Assembly: GCA_002633005.1 (NCBI GenBank) | Contig: NMRA01000370.1 | Coordinates: 310,001-374,000 of the forward strand | Origin: Phoronis australis | Lineage: Eukaryota; Animalia; Phoronida | Direction: 5' to 3' | DNA length: 64,000 bases | Part shown: positions 1 to 12,320 of the stretch, piece by piece | Layout of the letters: every line of letters starts with the position of its first letter | How positions within the stretch are numbered: position 1 is the first letter of the stretch | Translations under genes and position numbers: made by a program | Notes under the pieces: generated by a model | Databases searched by the model: none | The model's input: the letters and a program-made list of their open reading frames with translations, nothing else | Told to the model about the DNA's origin: nothing

Positions 1-1830
1 TAATTGCCAAAATGGGCCTTTTTTTCATTTTCAACCTCTTCTAATGTTGAGAATGCCCACAATTTTCTCAGAAACATCTGATTGCAGCCATGGTATAGAT
101 CTTTAAAGTGATGTAGCATTTATTATGTGCTTACTTATCATTCATGACAAAATGAAAAAATAAATTTCACTTGTCAGGCATATTGCATCCCAATTTAGTG
201 AGATTTTACCATATTTGTGCACTTTCCACGCATAATTTAAGCAATTTGTGACAGAAATGGTCCGCAAAGACATGCTGTAACATTCGAAAGGTTACGCCCC
301 CTGTGCACGCCTCCATCAGGGTCACGACTTGAACACTCATAACGTGTTTTGGTCGTGATAGACCGGGCCGAAAATCCTCTCCTCATTTTCGGGTCGGTCC
401 AAATTCCTGCGTAAACCACATGCTTTTATTTGGCTGGTAACATGCGATTTCACGCTAATACACATTAGCTGATGGCGTGAAGATAAGACGTTGCCTAATG
501 AAACAACACACATCTGTTTTCACTTTTTCACGCTTCTGATGGATTTAAAGTAATAAAAGATTTAAAATCTTCATAAAATTACTAAGGTATGACCTCCACA
601 CATGCTCTCTCCGTAAATATTGGTGAAGTTTTAGCTGAGATCGTTTCGGTAAGATCAGCCGAGTTTGAAATAACCTTTAGCATTACTACATGGTAAAGCA
701 GTTTCCTTTGAAAAGAATTTTATATCCGTTAAGAATTTAATTTACACTCATAATTTCAAAGTAAATACACAGAAATTAGCGTGGAATATTTAAGTGAACC
801 TGAATTAAAAACATGCATGTGTTACAAGTTCTGTATCCGTGTTCGTTAAAAACGAAGTGTAGAAAGAGTTTGGAGCGATCGAACGTCACAAACGACAGGT
901 ACATTATGCGACTCGATTGTGCTGAATGTCCTGAACCTTCTAATTCTGTAGATATTGGGTAACTAAACAGACTTGTCGAAAAAGTGATGCACTGTATAAA
1001 CTTAATGTTGCACAGTGTTACTGAACCGTACATTTGGCTGCCGAAAAAAGTTTCATTCATGAATATTGTGTTGACATTCAAGGCATCTCACCATTCACTT
1101 AAAAATATTTCCATTGCCAGACCAGGCGTAATTATGTTTATTGCCCCCACAGCCCAGTGGGTAATGAACTATTGAAATCGTTGATAAAAGCGTGTCAAGT
1201 TTAAAGTTGCTGTAACCCCTGCGATTCTATCACATCATTTCGCGTTATATGATACCCTGGCCCACAGAGACAAGAATCTGCAGTCCTCAATACTTTTTCA
1301 CGTTTGGTTCAAACTGATCATTGCCAATAAATGCGAACCAAAGTTTTTAACGCTTCATAATTCTCTGTACTACATAACATCCATTCCCCCTATCACTCTC
1401 GTTCCCCAGAAGTTAAATCATTACCGTGATACTTTATGTGCCAATGTACAGTCACTAATGGTGTGTCAGTATGGTTTATACACACCAACAACCTGAACCT
1501 TTCATTTCCCTTGCCATTAGGATAGCATTTGATTACTCAAATCATCAAAACAAATCTCCAATTTACTGGAAGGAGCACATTTTCGGAAGGTGCATGAACC
1601 TGCTCTTCAAAGCAGGAAGAATACTTCAGTAGAGCCTGGTTTTATGCACACACTTTCCGGCAAACTCAAAAGATTTCTCCAAATCGATCCGTATCTCGAT
1701 AAAAGATGTTTACAGCATGGGTTGCTTGAACAAGCTGATGTTTTTTTCAATACAATGGCCTGCTGTTCTAGGAAATGGCTGAGAGAACATCTGTGTCCAA
1801 TTATGTTCAGGATACATCAATTGACATCCA

Positions 1831-1900
1831 GGACTCTTAACAACTCACCTTAATTAGGAATGTTTTGGATTCTTAACAACTCACCTTAATTAGGAATGTT
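1831..1900. repeat. 36-bp-period tandem duplication spanning the exon 2 splice donor
   Basis: gga(c/t)tcttaacaactcaccttaattaggaatgtt occurs at 1831-1864 and 1867-1900. Confidence 0.92.
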
Positions 1901-1974
1901 CTCGTGCTGCCTGAATAAGCATCGGAGTCCATACAACAGAAGAAAAAAGTTCCTACGATGCCAGCCAAAGCAAG
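1885..1974 (-). CDS. SSPN: Sarcospan-like gene, coding exon 2 (30 aa, TM2 and loop)
   Basis: The acceptor tttgtgtttatttcag precedes 90 bp encoding LALAGIVGTFFFCCMDSDAYSGSTRTFLIK, followed by a GTGAGT donor. The exon is phase 0/0, compatible with exon 1, and aligns in size and character with the recalled SSPN segment VCLVAYLGLFMLCVSYQVDERTCIQFSMK. This frame is absent from the ORF track. Confidence 0.82.
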
Positions 1975-4444
1975 CTGAAATAAACACAAAGACGTAATTA
2001 TCAGTAGAGTAACATTGTGCTAACAGGAGTTTCCCTTGCTCCAAAACAAATTTTAGGGAGCTAATTTCAACCCACAATCAGACTATAACTTGTAGTTCTC
2101 CATAACTGAAAACCCAAATGTGGCAAAAGTGTGCACTAAGGTTGAGTAATATCATTTGGAGAAGGTCTTTTTGTATCCACAATTTGTTGTCTTGCAACGG
2201 AACGAGCACTCAGGTTCAATTAGTTTAGCTAGTGTTGAAGCCAAGACTGAATACCGTAAAATTTTTCCAACTTAATTTGGGAAATTCCCTATCATTTGGG
2301 ACTTGGAAACCCCAGGAAAAATTGAAATTTCTTGATTTGGAAACTGGCACAAAGGCGATTTTGGTGTTCATCATATATATTTTGGACAAAGTGCTTTCAA
2401 TCTACAAAGTGGGGAATTTTTCCGTTTTTCCAGTGATTCTTGAATTTGAAATGGCCAATTTTGGCTACTTCCACAAACTGGTACAATTTTCACCGTTCCA
2501 AATTAGAGAATTTTTTGCGACAGGCAAAATGTACAAATTTTGCAGCCCCTAATGAATTTAAAGCAGTTAAGACATGCCTTTTTCCAAACTTTTAGGTTAC
2601 TATTTTTCCAACAGGTCACAGGCCATTGAAAATTGTTGCAATTGCTGGCATCCCATGGTTGCAGCGAAACCTTAAAACAGCCAGGTGCTGGAGAATACTA
2701 AATCAATGTTGATAGTGAGTAGAAAGTTCGTTTCACATAATTACCATCACAAGGGTACCATGCGGTCAATGACACAACTTAAACAGATAGGTCAACAAGT
2801 ACAGAATATGATCTTAATGAAAGAATAATTTAGAGATATGGGGTATGACATAGCATAGTAAAATGCAATAAACGAATAAAACAGAAAACTAGCTTGATTA
2901 TGCTAAACAACCAAGGGAATACAAATGCAATTTTGTAGTGATACGCTGTACGGGTATAACAAGCACTCCTACTCGGGTGGTCAGAATTCCTGAGGAAATT
3001 GTAAGTTCCATGAATGACAGGCGATTTCTCACCTAAGCACATTAAGCTGATGGCATTAAGATAAAATTTCCTTAACAAATCGAGACATTTGTTTCCATGT
3101 TTTCCTCCCTTGATTAACTAGTATATTGAAATCTGTGATAGCGTGTCCATTTTTAAGTCCCTGAACTCCCCGTTTGCAAAACGGCCATTTTGCATTAAGA
3201 TTTCAAACAATTAAAAGCCAATAGTACACACAAGGGAATATAAGAAGGCATGAATCTTATGCAAAATGGCCATGACGCAGTCTGACGGACTCCAGGTAAA
3301 TAAATTTGACATGCATCATAACTGAAAACAACTTCTTAGATTCTTTAGGAAACCGTCTCAACGTCAGCTCAAAACATGACACTTTTGAGCGCTTCGAAGA
3401 AAATCTCAATCATATAAATTGTGGTATGCGTTTAGCCCAGAATAAATGTTTAAAACTGAAAATTCATAAATTTAGAGGGTGGGGGCCCGAGCCGAAAAAA
3501 TCTATTATTTTGCTCAAGGTTGGAGCGAGTGAAAAATTTTAAAAATAGGCACTACAGGTCATACCAAATTCAAGAATTACAATCAACAACAAACGAGATT
3601 CACCTAGACATCACACACTATGGCGAGGGAGTCATGAAAACGTGTCAGTGGCTATTTTTGTCGAGTTTATCAGCTGCCAAGTCTATTTTCAGATATGCAG
3701 TATCCGATATTTGAGAAATATTATGAATGCCAAAGTCACCTACATCCCAACTTTCAGAATATTGAAAATTCCTATTTTACTTTGACTTTTGGTGTCCGAA
3801 AGTTGGAGAATATTTACTTTCACAGGACGATTTTTGGTGCGCGTCCATCAGTCAGTTTTTCAATGATTATGTCTACGGTCATACATTGTCATTTGCAGAA
3901 GCAAGCCAAAAGTATTCGGACAAAATGACTTGAAATTCATTTCATGACAGTCGGGCAAAAGTTGAATTCATGGTATGAGTAGTCTTCCATCATGACCGAG
4001 AATAAAGGAACAAAATTTAACAGGAAAATTAGTAGCCTGACTAATGCCATTCTGTAATTAGAATTTCGCCACCCTAATAGCTTTACCATGCATTTACCAG
4101 ACAGTAATTTTTGTTATTAACAGAATTAGCCGGGGAAAACTGTAATTTGTCTAATTACTTTTTCCAACTGTAGTAATGCAAGAGAAAAACAGAAAAGGTA
4201 TCGTGGCATCCGAGAATGGCAAATGGCAATCCAACACAACAACTGCAGCATTGCGGATCACTACAACCAGTGCCCAGTAACGGAGACACAACAATTTGTG
4301 GTTAAATACTATAGGGACCGATGAGGTCGCCATTGTATTCCGGGAAATGACTATTTAACAATAGTTTACCATAGGTTTATTTCATGTAACAGGCCTCCGG
4401 CCCACATAACAATATATAACGCAAAGAGAGTACAATAGTCTAAA

Positions 4445-7400
4445 TTAATTCATATCAAGGAACTCATTTCTACGTTTCTCCGCATTAATTAAATATCTAG
4501 CAACTTTTCTTAGAACATTTAAGGCATGAATCTGTAGAATATTTCCGAATGCTATATCTTCCATCTTATCGTACTTTGGTAAAAACCGCACTCGTAAATC
4601 CGAATATAAATTGCATTCGAGAAGAAAGTGGAATTCTGTTTCCACTTTCCCACTGTCACAGTCTTCTCTGACAAATCCACTGAACCTTCCCTGGGTAATC
4701 CCTAATGAATGTGCGGAGCATCTAAACCTTGCAAGGGCTATTCTATGAAATCTATTTTCTAAACATGTTACGTATTTTTCTACTACAAAGTTACATTTAA
4801 TTGTTTTGTAAACATCTAAAGATTGAGAAAAAAATATTGTTTCTCCAATCCTGGATGTCAGTATGAAAGCATCGTGGTTTAAATTCACTTATAAATGAGG
4901 CAGCATCGCCCACACCTTGTTGTATCCAAACAACTCCAAAACCATAAGCAAACAACAATTGTTTAACATTTAGAGCTCGAGTAAGACTTATTTTGCTCAC
5001 CCATTTCATATTGCACATTATTGCATACCCTAACATAACGATGGCTTGGCAAATTGATAATTTTTAACCAGTATTTAACAATTCTCAATAATAGCTGTAC
5101 CTTCATTGTCACTCTACCAAGCTCTCCCCTCACTGCAGCGTTTGAGACATGCTGACCAAGTCCCAACAAAAATTTGCAAAATTTATTTTGTACGATTTCA
5201 ATGTCTTGTGCGGGTTGAAATCCCCAAATCTCAGAACCATATAACAAGATCGGTAATATTTTTGTATCAAACATTTTAAACCACATTTGCACAGGAAGTT
5301 CATTGTACTTAAACATGTGCTTGTTTAGTACAAAAATAGCCTTTGCCACTTTGTCAGCTAACGTTTTCTGCGCCTTCGTAAATACACCTTTAGGATTAAA
5401 CTTGATACCCAAATAATTATGCTCTGAAGTCGTTTGTACAATTTCGCCAAATAATTTCCACTTTTCATAAGTTCTCAAGCTGAGTATCCCCCTTTTCTAA
5501 AGACTATAACTTTTGTCTTCGACATATTCACATGAAGCTTCCATTTGTTACAATATTCTTCTAGTTTGGTAATTAATGTTTGCATGGCAATAGCGGTTTC
5601 AGCGACGAGTACCAAATCATCGGCAAACAACAACAAATATAAATTCAATATTCCAATATTTAGACACGAGCACTTTAGATTTTGTAAATCACTTTCTAAA
5701 TCATTTATAAACAGCGAGAAGAGAAAGGGAGATAATTGACACCCTTGTCTTACATCGTACATTGGAAGAAATCGGTTACGTAACCATCCCCATTCAGCAA
5801 GACGCAAGACTTCACATTTTCATAAACACTGTTTAGAATTTTATGCATTTTCCATATTTTAGAATTTTATGCATTTTCCATATATTCCAAAACTTGACAT
5901 TTTATACTTAAGACCCTCTCACCAGACCCAGTCAAACGCTTTTTTAAAGTCAACAAAAAGACAATAGAACCAGCCTCTACGTTTCAATAGATATTTGTTA
6001 ATTAGTGTATCTAGAATAAACATGTTATCTACTGTGGAATACCCCTTCCTGAAATCAGCTTGAGCCTCACACACAATATTGTTCATATCCGCCCATGAAT
6101 GGAGTTGGTTACATAACAACAGGGCAAATATCTTGCCAGCCACCTGTAACAGGGTGATTCCTCTGTAATTATCTGGGTCATTCTTATTTCCAGACTTGAA
6201 CACCAACACTATAATACCTGAATTCCATTGGGATGGGTAATTCCCCATATCAAAAATTTTATTATACAGACAAACGAGAGACTGTTTAAATGCGGGTGTT
6301 GTGAACTTGAAAAATTCCGACGAAATGGCATCATTTCCAGCAGCTTTACCCAATTCCATGTCATTCATGCACTTATCTACTTCATCAAAAGAAATAATTT
6401 TATTAAAAACTGACTGGTCATCCAAGTTGTGCACTGCTTCTTCTGACTCATAGAAGTGATTAAACTGTTCAACATATACTTGAAACTGAGAAAAAAATAC
6501 ACCATAGTCTTTAGTGTGAGAAGTATAAGCGTTTTTAAAACTGTTATACCATTGTGTATGTAATATTTGAAGACCGCTCTTCTTTGTTACCTTTCACCAA
6601 CTGCCAAAATTGTTTTTTATTTTCATTCACAGATGAATCCAACAATGCTTTGGTTAGTGTTTCTCAGAATATTTTTTGTTTTGTTTTTAGTAATTGTTTA
6701 TATCTCTTGTTATATTCCCTATGTTTAGCCAAATTTTCTTTAGTTCCATATTGTCTGTATTTCCTTAAATAACTACGTGCTATTAATTTATGATCATAAC
6801 ATTCTCTATCAAACCATGTTTCTGGTTTTGATCTACGTTTTGATGGCTCAGTTTTTCTCATACCAGAACTTATGGCTGATTTTACAACCAAATTGTATAT
6901 ACAATCTAAGGCCTCGTCAACATTACTCGTATTATTTTGAAGACTTGACATCACATTTTCCAGACAGCCACCGCCTTCAGCCAACTGCAAGTTTTCAAAA
7001 TAATTATTTTTATTTTCATCTTTCCAAATTATAGATTTGTTTATTTTTCCATTGACACTGTAGGAATCTTTCCCGTGTTTTGTTGCAGTTTACCTGCAAG
7101 TTAAACAAAACTTCCCCATCTATAATCATTTCCAATGGAAAATGATCGGAGTCGACTTGATCGTCGACTTGAAAATCGATGACTGTGGCCTGGTTGATAA
7201 GTGCTCGCTTTCTTTACTCGAGGTCGTGGGTTCAATTCCCTCCAGGTCACATTGCTAAACCCTTTAGCCAGGTTTCTAGCTCCTCAGCTCGGTTTAACCA
7301 TACATTAATAAAGCATAAAAATATTTCCTGGTGACCAGTGCAATGGGCCCACATGCGAGGCCTGCGCAAGTCTGGTACAATGTGTATCAGACCGCCTGCA

Positions 7401-8170
7401 ATTTAATTTAAGTAATAATTTCATCACTGACCATGAAATAATCCACTACACTACTTCCATTTGTATTCACAAAAGTAAATTTACCGGTATTTTTATCACT
7501 ACCACTGCGATCGTTTAAAATTCTAATTCTACAGCTTTTACAAAGGTACAATAACTCCCGACCATAGGTATTACACTCGTTATCTTGAGACTCACGTGAT
7601 GGTATCTGGGCATCGTACTCATAACCCATATCACTTAGGTCATTTTCAAGAAATGGCACTACAGTCTCATCGTTAACAAAATCTTCTAATGAGGCTGTTC
7701 GGGCATTGAAATCACCGCACAACATAACATTGCTATTTGGATTGTGAGAATTAAATTGTGTAATCAAGGATTCAATTTTGTCAAACATTGGTTCATTCGC
7801 ATGCCTGGAACCCTGAGGGGAAATATAAACATTCTCTAAATATAGTGGTGGCTTATTCATACCAGTAGCAAATTTTATCCAAATCATAATTTCCGAATCT
7901 GATGCCACCTCGTTTACATAACCAGACAATTCGTTTTTTACAAAAATAAGCTCACCACCAGAGGTCCTTATACTACGTTTTCTTTTCGTTCTTACTTTGT
8001 TGAAACACACAAACCCGTCCAACAAGAAATCTTGTTCTGTTTCTGCACATGTCTAGTGCTAATACATCGAAAGACTTCATGTAGTCAGTGATGTCATTTC
8101 TTTCAAACTTATTTTTTAACCCATTTATGTTCCAACTACCCACTCTTAACTGTAGGCCTTGGCCTAAATC
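4445..8170 (-). pseudogene. LINE ORF2 remnant (APE endonuclease plus reverse transcriptase)
   Basis: ORF-track pieces 7408-8025, 6664-6990, 5919-6434, 5475-5807, 4963-5478, 4797-5036 and 4445-4888 join into one endonuclease-RT polyprotein. It is interrupted by a SINE at about 7181-7407 and a 26-bp duplication at about 5832-5883. Confidence 0.92.
7181..7407 (+). mobile_element. tRNA-derived SINE inserted in the LINE endonuclease
   Basis: It has an A-box-like TGGCCTGGTTG, a B-box GGTTCAATTCC and an AT-rich tail. It splits VSDEIIT from IDFQVDDQVDSDH, and a second copy lies at 9143-9305. Confidence 0.85.
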
Positions 8171-8445
8171 CTATTCATTTCGCGGACCCGCTCCGAGCTC
8201 AACAACGTTTTTGGTGGAGTCGTCACATTTATAAGCCTTTCCGCTTATTATGAGTTTGTCTTAGTCCATTCGCACTAGATTTCCCTTTGTCTTTGCTTCC
8301 ATCAGTAACGGACCGAGTTTCTTCCTGCTTTCCCTTATTTTTGGCAAGAAATCTTCGGATATTTTGTACTGGGTACCATGAAGTTTGTGATGAGCAATTC
8401 TTAGGACCATGTCTCTATCTTTGTAGCTGTTAAACTTAACTATCC
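8171..8445 (-). pseudogene. LINE ORF1 C-terminal remnant (L1TD1/Tnp_22-like tail)
   Basis: IVKFNSYKDRDMVL...ISEDFLPKIRESRKKL...MD*DKLIISGK...PRNE* shows the typical ORF1 IvkF...i.eDf...R..L...dkL.i.g pattern directly upstream of the endonuclease. Confidence 0.75.
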
Positions 8446-9142
8446 ACATGGTAAATACATATCTCCAGAGCAAAAAGAAGGAATTGCAAAAACAGAGAGA
8501 CAAGTAGGGGTTTTCACACCTGGTGAACTTAGATTTGGACGAAAATGCTGTCAGGAGTTCAAGGTGACCTTAAGAGGCTTTTCAACTCAACTAACAACTG
8601 ATGACATAAAGTGACTTACGATTGTTTGTGTCTTGTAGGCTAATTGTAAGCACACCTTAGTGTCACTGACCGCTGAGACAAAACAGCACTGTAATTTGTC
8701 AATGCAAAGGAAATGCATGATTGGTGTTCAGCATGACTTAATCAATGCTTTACATTGCCCTCTAATGTCAGGAAGCAAGAGACCAGAAAATGTCTTTCAA
8801 TTACATGTAAATCTGTGGACTATCGTCACAGACAATCGGCCTTTTTAGGAAAAAATTCTACGCTGACATCCTCACCAGTCAAGATTGGGCAACTCGACCG
8901 ATTTGCGTAACTGGAAATCTGCCACATAGATCAAAGATGTTGTAGTTAATGATATCACCTCGGGCTGCTCACGTTATTTGCGGTGACAAGTGTTTTTAAA
9001 CTTTCATTTTGAAAAAGTTCTTAAATAGCACAGTTGAGTCTTAAAAAGGACATGTGAATAGGTTTTTGAATTTTAAAAATCGGACAAGAAATGTGACTTT
9101 TACAACCTAAAACTTTTGTATAATGTTACCATATTATGCTGC

Positions 9143-9305
9143 AGAGGAGACAGTGTGGCCTGGTTGATAAGTGCCCGCTTTCTTTACTTGAGGTCGTGGT
9201 TTCGAGTCCCACCAGGTCACACTGCTAAATCCTTCAGCCAGGTTTCTAGCAAGGCCTGTGCACCTCTGGTACAACGTGTATAAGACCACCTGCAATTATT
9301 TTATT
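9143..9305 (+). mobile_element. tRNA-derived SINE, internally deleted copy with 12-bp target-site duplication
   Basis: Homologous to 7181-7407, with a direct repeat ATATTATGCTGC at 9131-9142 and 9306-9317. Confidence 0.88.
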
Positions 9306-9317
9306 ATATTATGCTGC

Positions 9318-10082
9318 TTGGGAGGCAAGAATTTCGCGCCAATTTCTTTTCATATAGTGAGACTGTGAGAGCTATTGAGTCAGTCTTGGTTATACCTCGG
9401 CTGTGTCAAGTTCGGTTGTCGTTTGCTTTTGCTTTCGAGTCTGTCAACATGCCACACTGTTGCTACGTACCGGGATGTACTCATGATCACCCAGCCTGTA
9501 AGCAGCCCTGCTGCGATGTTGAGTAGAGGGAGTGAATACCGGTCCCGTTCGACACCCAGTGAAGAGGACAGTTCGTCGTCCAATGAATAGATTGGTGAGC
9601 CAAGCTTTGATAAGTTTATTGAGGACTGGTCTAAAGTATTGGAGCTATTTAGGAAGTGCCAGGTGTGTGACGAGGGAGTCACATGGCGGGATGTAAACAG
9701 TTTGTGTGCTCAGGTCATCATCCAGTGGGAGTATGTCGCAGGACACTCGGGCAAGTGGGACAATTGTCCCTCTGCCAGTGAGACAATACATCTCGGTACG
9801 CAGCAACAGTGTGGCATGTTGACTGACTCGTAAACAAAAGCAAACGGCGACCGAACTTATCACAACAGAGGTAGAGCAATGACTAAGACTCGGCAACTCT
9901 CACAATCATACTATATGAAAATAAATTGGAGCGAAATACTTGCCTCCCAAAACGTCACTTCCGGAGTAAAGAAGGAGTAACTGTTTAAATTACAAAAAGC
10001 TGTAATTAAATGAAAAATATGTCTGGGATAATCAACGAACCTTATTTTTACTAAATAACATGAAAAAAGGTTGCCTTCGCCT
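9318..10082 (+). mobile_element. Left-truncated copy of the Kolobok-like fold-back element
   Basis: Collinear with about 16156-16911, with the same MPHCCYVPGC and KFIEDWSKVLELFRKCQVC...WEYVAGHSGKW remnants and right end GGTTGCCTTCGCCT|TTAG. Confidence 0.85.
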
Positions 10083-10299
10083 TTAGCAAAAGAAGCCGGT
10101 CATTAAAGTCCAGGCATTGTGGTAAGTGTCTATTATAATCCTAACTCAGGTAAGAAGTTTTCACAGTTGCAAAAATTGTTGGGAAATGTGATGTAATGCC
10201 TGATGTTCCTATACGGTAATTCTACACTTATTTCACACAAAAATATTTGACAAAATGGTCATTTTCCATTTTTCAAAGCCTGATTAACATTTTGCAAAT

Positions 10300-10445
10300 A
10301 ATGTGAGTTTCAGCTTACGCAGTTTTATGACATCGACACACTAACAAACCATGCTTGTAACACTAAAATGTTCTTAATCTTTACTTAGGTGAAGAAATTT
10401 AATAAAATAGAATTTCACTTGTCAGTCTCATCAAATGTGCACTAG
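10300..10445 (+). repeat. Unclassified old interspersed repeat fragment
   Basis: ttttatgacatc...aaaccatgctt...aaatagaatttcacttgtc recurs at about 27550-27665, about 59605-59700 (reverse), and partially near 140-200 and 57690-57750. Confidence 0.6.
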
Positions 10446-12224
10446 ATAAATGAAACTGTACCAAAGTGTCAGGGATATAGGCTAGTGCTTTCTCAATATT
10501 TGATCTAGATTTTAATGCACCAAGAACATTAAACTAGGCATGAAACAATCTCACCTTTGTTGGAAACGCCTACTCAGCTCATCTTTTATTGAACTTTTTA
10601 ACATGAAACGGTTTAAACGATATAACACTGGCCTTTTTTGAAGATTAGCGCTCAAGTCATTAGGGTGCACTTAACTCAGTTGAGCGGATTTCAGGGCCAG
10701 CTTTGATTTTGCAATTGTTAGAATTAGTGTAACTGAATACTGGTCAAATGGTATAGGTAATGACCCGGAATAATCCTTGTCACAGATGACTCATTAGTAG
10801 AATGGCACTTTCCATTTTACCTTAATACCAACTCAAGATAAGTGTCTATCATTCTGCGATCGAGTATATTAGGGTTTACATAGCAGATGCTTGACGATAT
10901 TTTCTCATAAGTGAAATTCTTCAATTGCACCTTTTGCGCACAATTCTACAGAAGTCGTTGTAACTTTGCTCCAGAGCAATGCCCAGGTCTACTACACAAT
11001 TGTTATTGATACTGAGATGGTTAGGGATTATGAGGGAATACTCATGTGTGACTTTTGTAAACAATCCAGTCAAACATACCACAGTTTGCAAATCGAAATT
11101 TTGATAAGATCTATTAACTTCAGTTGCCAGGGCAGTTCGATTGGTCACTTCCTCATTGTTGAGTCAGTAGATGACAGAACATTTTAACACCCGATCAAAA
11201 CAGTTTCAGTCTGTGAACTCTTAAGGGGGGGGGGGGGGGNGCTGTGGTACAGCTACTGGTCAAAGTGTACTGGAGATCCATTGCCATGTTGTGCAGTAAA
11301 TATTAACAGGTGTCTTACTATACAGTCTATCCTGAGTAATAGTAATCCTAACACCTGGAGATCATGTATGATAAGTATAGATTTTGTTCTCACCAACATT
11401 CTTGGTTGTGGCACCCCTCCCCTGACATAAGCATAGGCTACAAATATATCATGACTAGCCAAAGGGTGCTCTATTGTTATTAGAGTTGGCCATTAGCTAA
11501 TGATTGACCATAATCTTTTCTGGTTACAAACCGTGGTAAACAATTGAGGGCTACTTTACAAATTTCAAGCTTTAAACCTAAAATTTTGAGAAAATAACCA
11601 CCACAGTGTTTTTGGCAAAGAAACATTAACACAGCTAGATCTTCAATTTTTGAAAATCGGAGACCTATTAACTGAAATTGTAACAACTTGAAATGACATC
11701 ACGGAGACTTTGACTTGCCCATCTGCTATCAGTAGGGTTCCTTTTGTTAGTCTAGGTTCTCCACATACAACAGACAGACTCAGGCAGCATTTTGAAAAGG
11801 CTTAGGGTAACGTGCTGTAACACAGTGGTAGAAACTCTCGTCATGCTGGGGGGCCATGCTATGAAAAGTTAACCAGCAGTCTAAAGTCACCAAAGTCAGC
11901 AACACAGTGTCATGGCTGAAGTCAAGACTGTGGTATTGGTAATTCTCCATCATTTTGCACAAAAATAATAGCCAAAATTTTCATTTTCCCAATTTTCTAA
12001 GGGTGCTTACCTCATATCAAATGTCTTGTGACATCTATGTAGTATAAAGTAAGTAAATAATAGACTTACAATTTATTAGACTTTAATTTTGTAGAGAAAT
12101 TTGGCAACAGAATTTCACTTAACGGCCATTTGTGTATAAATATATCTTATTCAGTGAGGCTTGGAATATGTTGCAAGCAGTTTATCCCATTCAATCCACC
12201 ATCTTTTTGGTCACATCGAGTGAC

Positions 12225-12320
12225 CTAATGAATATAAGTCCGAAAAGATTTCTGCCCCCGACCCTGACTCGAACCCAGGACCTTCTGCTGACCGTGCCAT
12301 TATTTGTGAGCTAAATAAGT
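12225..12320 (-). mobile_element. Degraded tRNA-like/SINE head
   Basis: The minus strand reads ...gaaggtcctgGGTTCGAGTCagggtcgggg, a B-box/T-arm context, with no intact cloverleaf. Confidence 0.4.

Larger units (their letters stand above)
4374..8445 (-). mobile_element. Decayed, 5'-truncated non-LTR retrotransposon (LINE; RTE-X-like, clade uncertain)
   Basis: Collinear fragments are present: ORF1 C-terminus; APE motifs SWNINGL, GDFNAR, VDY and SDH; RT motifs YRGITLL, FVDFKKAFD, VRQGCQLSP and LFADD; then LLYGSEIWG and the C-terminal ETEFHFLLEC. The 3' tail has AATAAA at 4381-4376. There are many stops and frameshifts. Confidence 0.93.

Noticed and set aside
1886-2077. 63-aa ORF-track protein
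   Set aside because: It overlaps the real exon 2 in the wrong frame.
7181-7255. Functional tRNA gene
   Set aside because: It has A/B boxes but no convincing cloverleaf or acceptor stem. It continues into a shared non-tRNA body and has a TSD-flanked second copy, so it is a SINE.
4445-8025. Retron, DGR or other novel RT-nuclease system
   Set aside because: Domain order and motifs are those of an ordinary APE-type LINE, fragmented by stops and frameshifts.
11225-11240. Poly-G run as a G-quadruplex element
   Set aside because: It ends at an N, so its length and context are unreliable; it is a typical contig-end artefact (likewise the poly-C before N49129).
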